From contig CAVULX010000003.1 in NCBI GenBank assembly GCA_963742415.1, forward strand, positions 800,001 to 864,000: a stretch of DNA of 64,000 nt. The letters are read 5' to 3'. The position numbers and the translations under genes are program-made. The DNA is from an uncultured Parachlamydiaceae bacterium (GTDB lineage: Bacteria > Chlamydiota > Chlamydiia > Chlamydiales > Parachlamydiaceae). Below the pieces are notes generated by a model. That model did not search any database. It saw only the letters and a list, made by a program, of their open reading frames with translations, and was not told the origin of the DNA. Shown piece by piece: positions 59,505 to 64,000 of this stretch (within the stretch, counting starts at the first letter, position 1; each line of letters opens with the position of its first letter).

Positions 59505-61286
59505 ATGATCATGGTATTTCTGTTTATCTTTGCTTTAATTGCTTTTTTTTGCGCCGCCTTTGTACTCTACACCCGTTATAGGGTCTATTATTATGCTTGG
59601 TATATCAATTTTCCCAAGCCGAAATACCGCTATGCGGTCGATAAAAATGTCATGGTTCCCATGAAAGATGGGACAAAACTCGCCACAGATATCTATCGTC
59701 CAAAGTCGCACAGAAAATTTCCCGTTATTGTACTTCGAACGCCCTATAATAAATCGGGATCACTGCATCCCTACAGGCCCCTGGCAGAACTCTTTGCTAG
59801 TCAAGGTTACGTCGTGGTTGTTCAAGATGTGAGAGGCAAATTTGCTTCTGAGGGGAGTTTTTACCCCTATGCTTATGAGGCACTTGATGGTCACACAACT
59901 GTGACCTGGGCTGGAGAAGCGCCTTGGTCAAATGGGCGAGTCGCTATTTTAGGAATTTCCTATTTGGGATCATGCGCCTGGTTAGCTGCACGGTATAAAA
60001 GCCCTTATCTTCGTACTGTCGTGCCAATGTTTACCACGCAAAATACATACTCCGTATGGATAGACAAAGGGATCCCATTTCTGAAAGGGCCAATTTTTTG
60101 GTTGGGAAAATATGGGGGGAAAAAAACTAATAACAGGTTGTCGCATGCAGATCTGGTGAACGCTCTTTGGGAATTGCCTGTAAACAATTTGGATATGGCT
60201 TTTGTCAATCACAGAATCCCTTTTTTCAGAGATTATTTAGAACATCTGCAACCCGATTCATTTTGGAAAGAGATTAGCAGCCAACATTGCAGCGATACAC
60301 TCAATATCCCAGCACTTATTATAGGGGGATGGTATGATCCTTTTTTAAATGGGACCATCGAAGATTTTCAATGTATGGTAAAAGCTCCTTTGACTTCAAG
60401 CAATCACCATAGCCGTTTGGTGCTTGGTCCTTGGGGACATAATCCCAATCAAAAATTTAAAGGGATCCATTTTGGTGAGAAGGCCGATTTTAATCCTTTC
60501 ATCACTTCGATGTTGGAATGGTTCGAGGTATGGCTTAAAGAGAATGAGCCTGAGGCCGCACCCTCTAAAAGAATCCAATATTTTGTCATGGGAAAAAACG
60601 AGTGGAAAGAAGCAGAACAGTGGCCCCCTTCTAACGTCGCATATGAGAAGTATTTCCTCTCTATGAAAAAACGGAAATCGCATACCCAACAAGGTCTCTT
60701 ATCCGCTATACAGTCTCAAGATGTTGATCAGACCCATTTTATTTACAATCCTCTCGATCCTGTCCTTTTTAGAGGAACTCGCCTTCTGGATAGTCAGGCA
60801 TGGATTGAACAGACTGAGCAAAGTGAAATTACAGATAGAGAGGATGTTTTGATTTATACATCGGAGTCTCTCGAAAAAGAATTGACTATTGCAGGGACGA
60901 TTAAGCTGATTTTGCATGTGTCTTCAGAAGCTGTTGATACAGACTTCTGTGCTAAAATTTGTGATATGCACCCGAATGGGAAAGCCTACAATTTGACACC
61001 AGGATTTATCAGAATGAGATATCGTCAATCGCTGATGGAGCCTCTATTAATGGAACCTCAGCGCATCTATCGGATTGAGATCTCCTTCAAACCAGTGGCT
61101 AATACCTTCTTAAAAGATCATTGCATTCAATTACAGATCACCTCATCAGATTTTCCTGTGCATGATAGGAATTTGAATACAGGATTAAGTTGCGAAACTT
61201 CGATTGAAATCAAAGAGACCAAGCAAACCATCTACACAGGGGGTCCTTACGATTCCTATCTTCTTATTCCTGTGTTAAATGAATGA
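59505..61286 (+). CDS. CocE/NonD family (peptidase S15) hydrolase, membrane anchored
   Basis: VPMKDGTKLATDIYRP, RTPY, QDVRG..SEG, GISYLG nucleophile elbow, GGWYD, GPWGH. Confidence 0.92.
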   Translation: MIMVFLFIFALIAFFCAAFVLYTRYRVYYYAWYINFPKPKYRYAVDKNVMVPMKDGTKLATDIYRPKSHRKFPVIVLRTPYNKSGSLHPYRPLAELFASQGYVVVVQDVRGKFASEGSFYPYAYEALDGHTTVTWAGEAPWSNGRVAILGISYLGSCAWLAARYKSPYLRTVVPMFTTQNTYSVWIDKGIPFLKGPIFWLGKYGGKKTNNRLSHADLVNALWELPVNNLDMAFVNHRIPFFRDYLEHLQPDSFWKEISSQHCSDTLNIPALIIGGWYDPFLNGTIEDFQCMVKAPLTSSNHHSRLVLGPWGHNPNQKFKGIHFGEKADFNPFITSMLEWFEVWLKENEPEAAPSKRIQYFVMGKNEWKEAEQWPPSNVAYEKYFLSMKKRKSHTQQGLLSAIQSQDVDQTHFIYNPLDPVLFRGTRLLDSQAWIEQTEQSEITDREDVLIYTSESLEKELTIAGTIKLILHVSSEAVDTDFCAKICDMHPNGKAYNLTPGFIRMRYRQSLMEPLLMEPQRIYRIEISFKPVANTFLKDHCIQLQITSSDFPVHDRNLNTGLSCETSIEIKETKQTIYTGGPYDSYLLIPVLNE

Positions 61287-61301
61287 AGTTTCAAGGACAA
61301 T

Positions 61302-61784
61302 TCATTCATATGTAACGATCGGATCTATGACCGCAAAACCACGGGCTTCGAAATTAGGATTCTCATTCTGGTCTTTTCCCTGTTTGCTTGACATAACCAT
61401 TGCATCTTCAAGATTTACGTTAAAAACGGTTGATTTATTAAGGTTTAATTCAACTCTAGTCTTTTTAATACCCTCAAAATTTTCCGCTCTTGTAATTAGG
61501 GAAAGTACTCCTATACCATGAGGGGCTTCTAATGTAATTGTCACAAGTTGTGTTTCGAAAGCAGGTATTGAAACTATTTTATTGTGGTTGGCTTCTTTAA
61601 GTGTCTGCAAATGATTGCTAGTTATGAGGGATACAATCACTTTGTCAAATGTATGATTGGTAAAATTCAGTTTAACTTCCGTAGTAGGAACGGATGCTTC
61701 GTTTTTTGCCTCCTGACTATGAACGGCAGAAATACAAAATAAACTAAAAGCAAATGCAAAAATAGACCAATATAATTTAATCAT
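61302..61784 (-). CDS. Hypothetical exported protein
   Basis: 160 aa, signal peptide ending VHS-QEA, RBS AGGAG. Confidence 0.7.
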   Translation of the reverse strand: MIKLYWSIFAFAFSLFCISAVHSQEAKNEASVPTTEVKLNFTNHTFDKVIVSLITSNHLQTLKEANHNKIVSIPAFETQLVTITLEAPHGIGVLSLITRAENFEGIKKTRVELNLNKSTVFNVNLEDAMVMSSKQGKDQNENPNFEARGFAVIDPIVTYE

Positions 61785-61976
61785 GCAAGCTCTTCTCCTT
61801 GCTAGGCTACTTCTAAAAATAATTATAAATATAAATTACTTTGTTAGCAGCAAATTTGCTTTTTTATTCTGATAAAAAATGCAACGTTTTGATTCTCAGG
61901 GCAATACAATTTTGCCGTCCTTGCGAAGGTGTGAAAAATAAGTTTTCAGGAGTTTATTTTCGCTACGGAGTACTAT

Positions 61977-62255
61977 TCAAGAGTTGCAGGGACCTTTAGA
62001 GCTGCCGCAAGGGCAGCAACCCCCACTTCCCTTTGGCTTAGGGGTGGATGATGAAGAATCGTTTGGATTAGGGTTTGAATAATTATTTTTAGCCCATCCT
62101 TCTCCCACAAAAGAAACACCTATGCCGCCGCCAGGGCCTCGCTGCAGGGTGGGCTTATGGCAATTCGGACACTCTTTTTTAGGCTCTTCTGAAATTTTCT
62201 GAAAAATTTCCTGTTTATGTCCACATTGAGTGCAGTGATAGTCATAGGTAGGCAT
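61977..62255 (-). CDS. FmdB-family zinc ribbon protein
   Basis: MPTYDYHCTQCGH...CPNC...SFVGEGW; Cys-containing tail. Confidence 0.88.
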   Translation of the reverse strand: MPTYDYHCTQCGHKQEIFQKISEEPKKECPNCHKPTLQRGPGGGIGVSFVGEGWAKNNYSNPNPNDSSSSTPKPKGSGGCCPCGSSKGPCNS

Positions 62256-62279
62256 TATATTTTAGTCTCCAATCAATAC

Positions 62280-62314
62280 AAGAGCGGAGCTTGTCTATCT
62301 CCGCTCTTTTTTTT
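62280..62314. terminator. Hairpin downstream of groEL, probable intrinsic terminator
   Basis: aagagcggag...ctccgctctt stem with adjacent T-run on the + strand. Confidence 0.6.
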
Positions 62315-62335
62315 AACTCAGATAAGAAAATGGGG

Positions 62336-64000
<1,665 letters not shown>

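Overview
Chromosomal window from an environmental member of the Chlamydiae (Parachlamydiaceae-like). The assignment rests on the Chlamydia-type gene blocks rsmH-ftsL-ftsI-murE-amiA (with the two divergent CT273/CT274-like genes), nqrBCDE without nqrA/F, efp/amn, mfd-alaS, tkt-hemE-hemG, clpC and groEL. Accessory material sits between the core blocks. (i) Two tandem paralogous secreted Cys-rich proteins each carry a different tandemly repeated core (3x WDHSCSHGCGS; 5x SGGYYSG..xCSSMG) ahead of a shared, bufferin-like Cys-rich C-terminal domain. This is the best candidate for an undescribed RiPP/metal-binding or envelope cross-linking system. Next to them are a long MORN-repeat protein, a Cys-rich Zn-binder, a WxxGxW protein and a PTPMT1-like phosphatase fusion. 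(ii) An AT-rich putative effector island (double-MYND protein, two paralogous orphans, a His/Asn/Cys protease-like protein) contains a decayed partial copy of mfd. (iii) An SDR-GH63-GMC operon. (iv) At least four families of intergenic palindromic REP/MITE-like elements, some nested. nqrB and clpC are frameshifted by single extra bases that look like both alleles of a SNP written side by side (probable assembly artefact). No rRNA, tRNA, CRISPR array or transposase was recognised. Family assignments come from motif recognition, not database searches.
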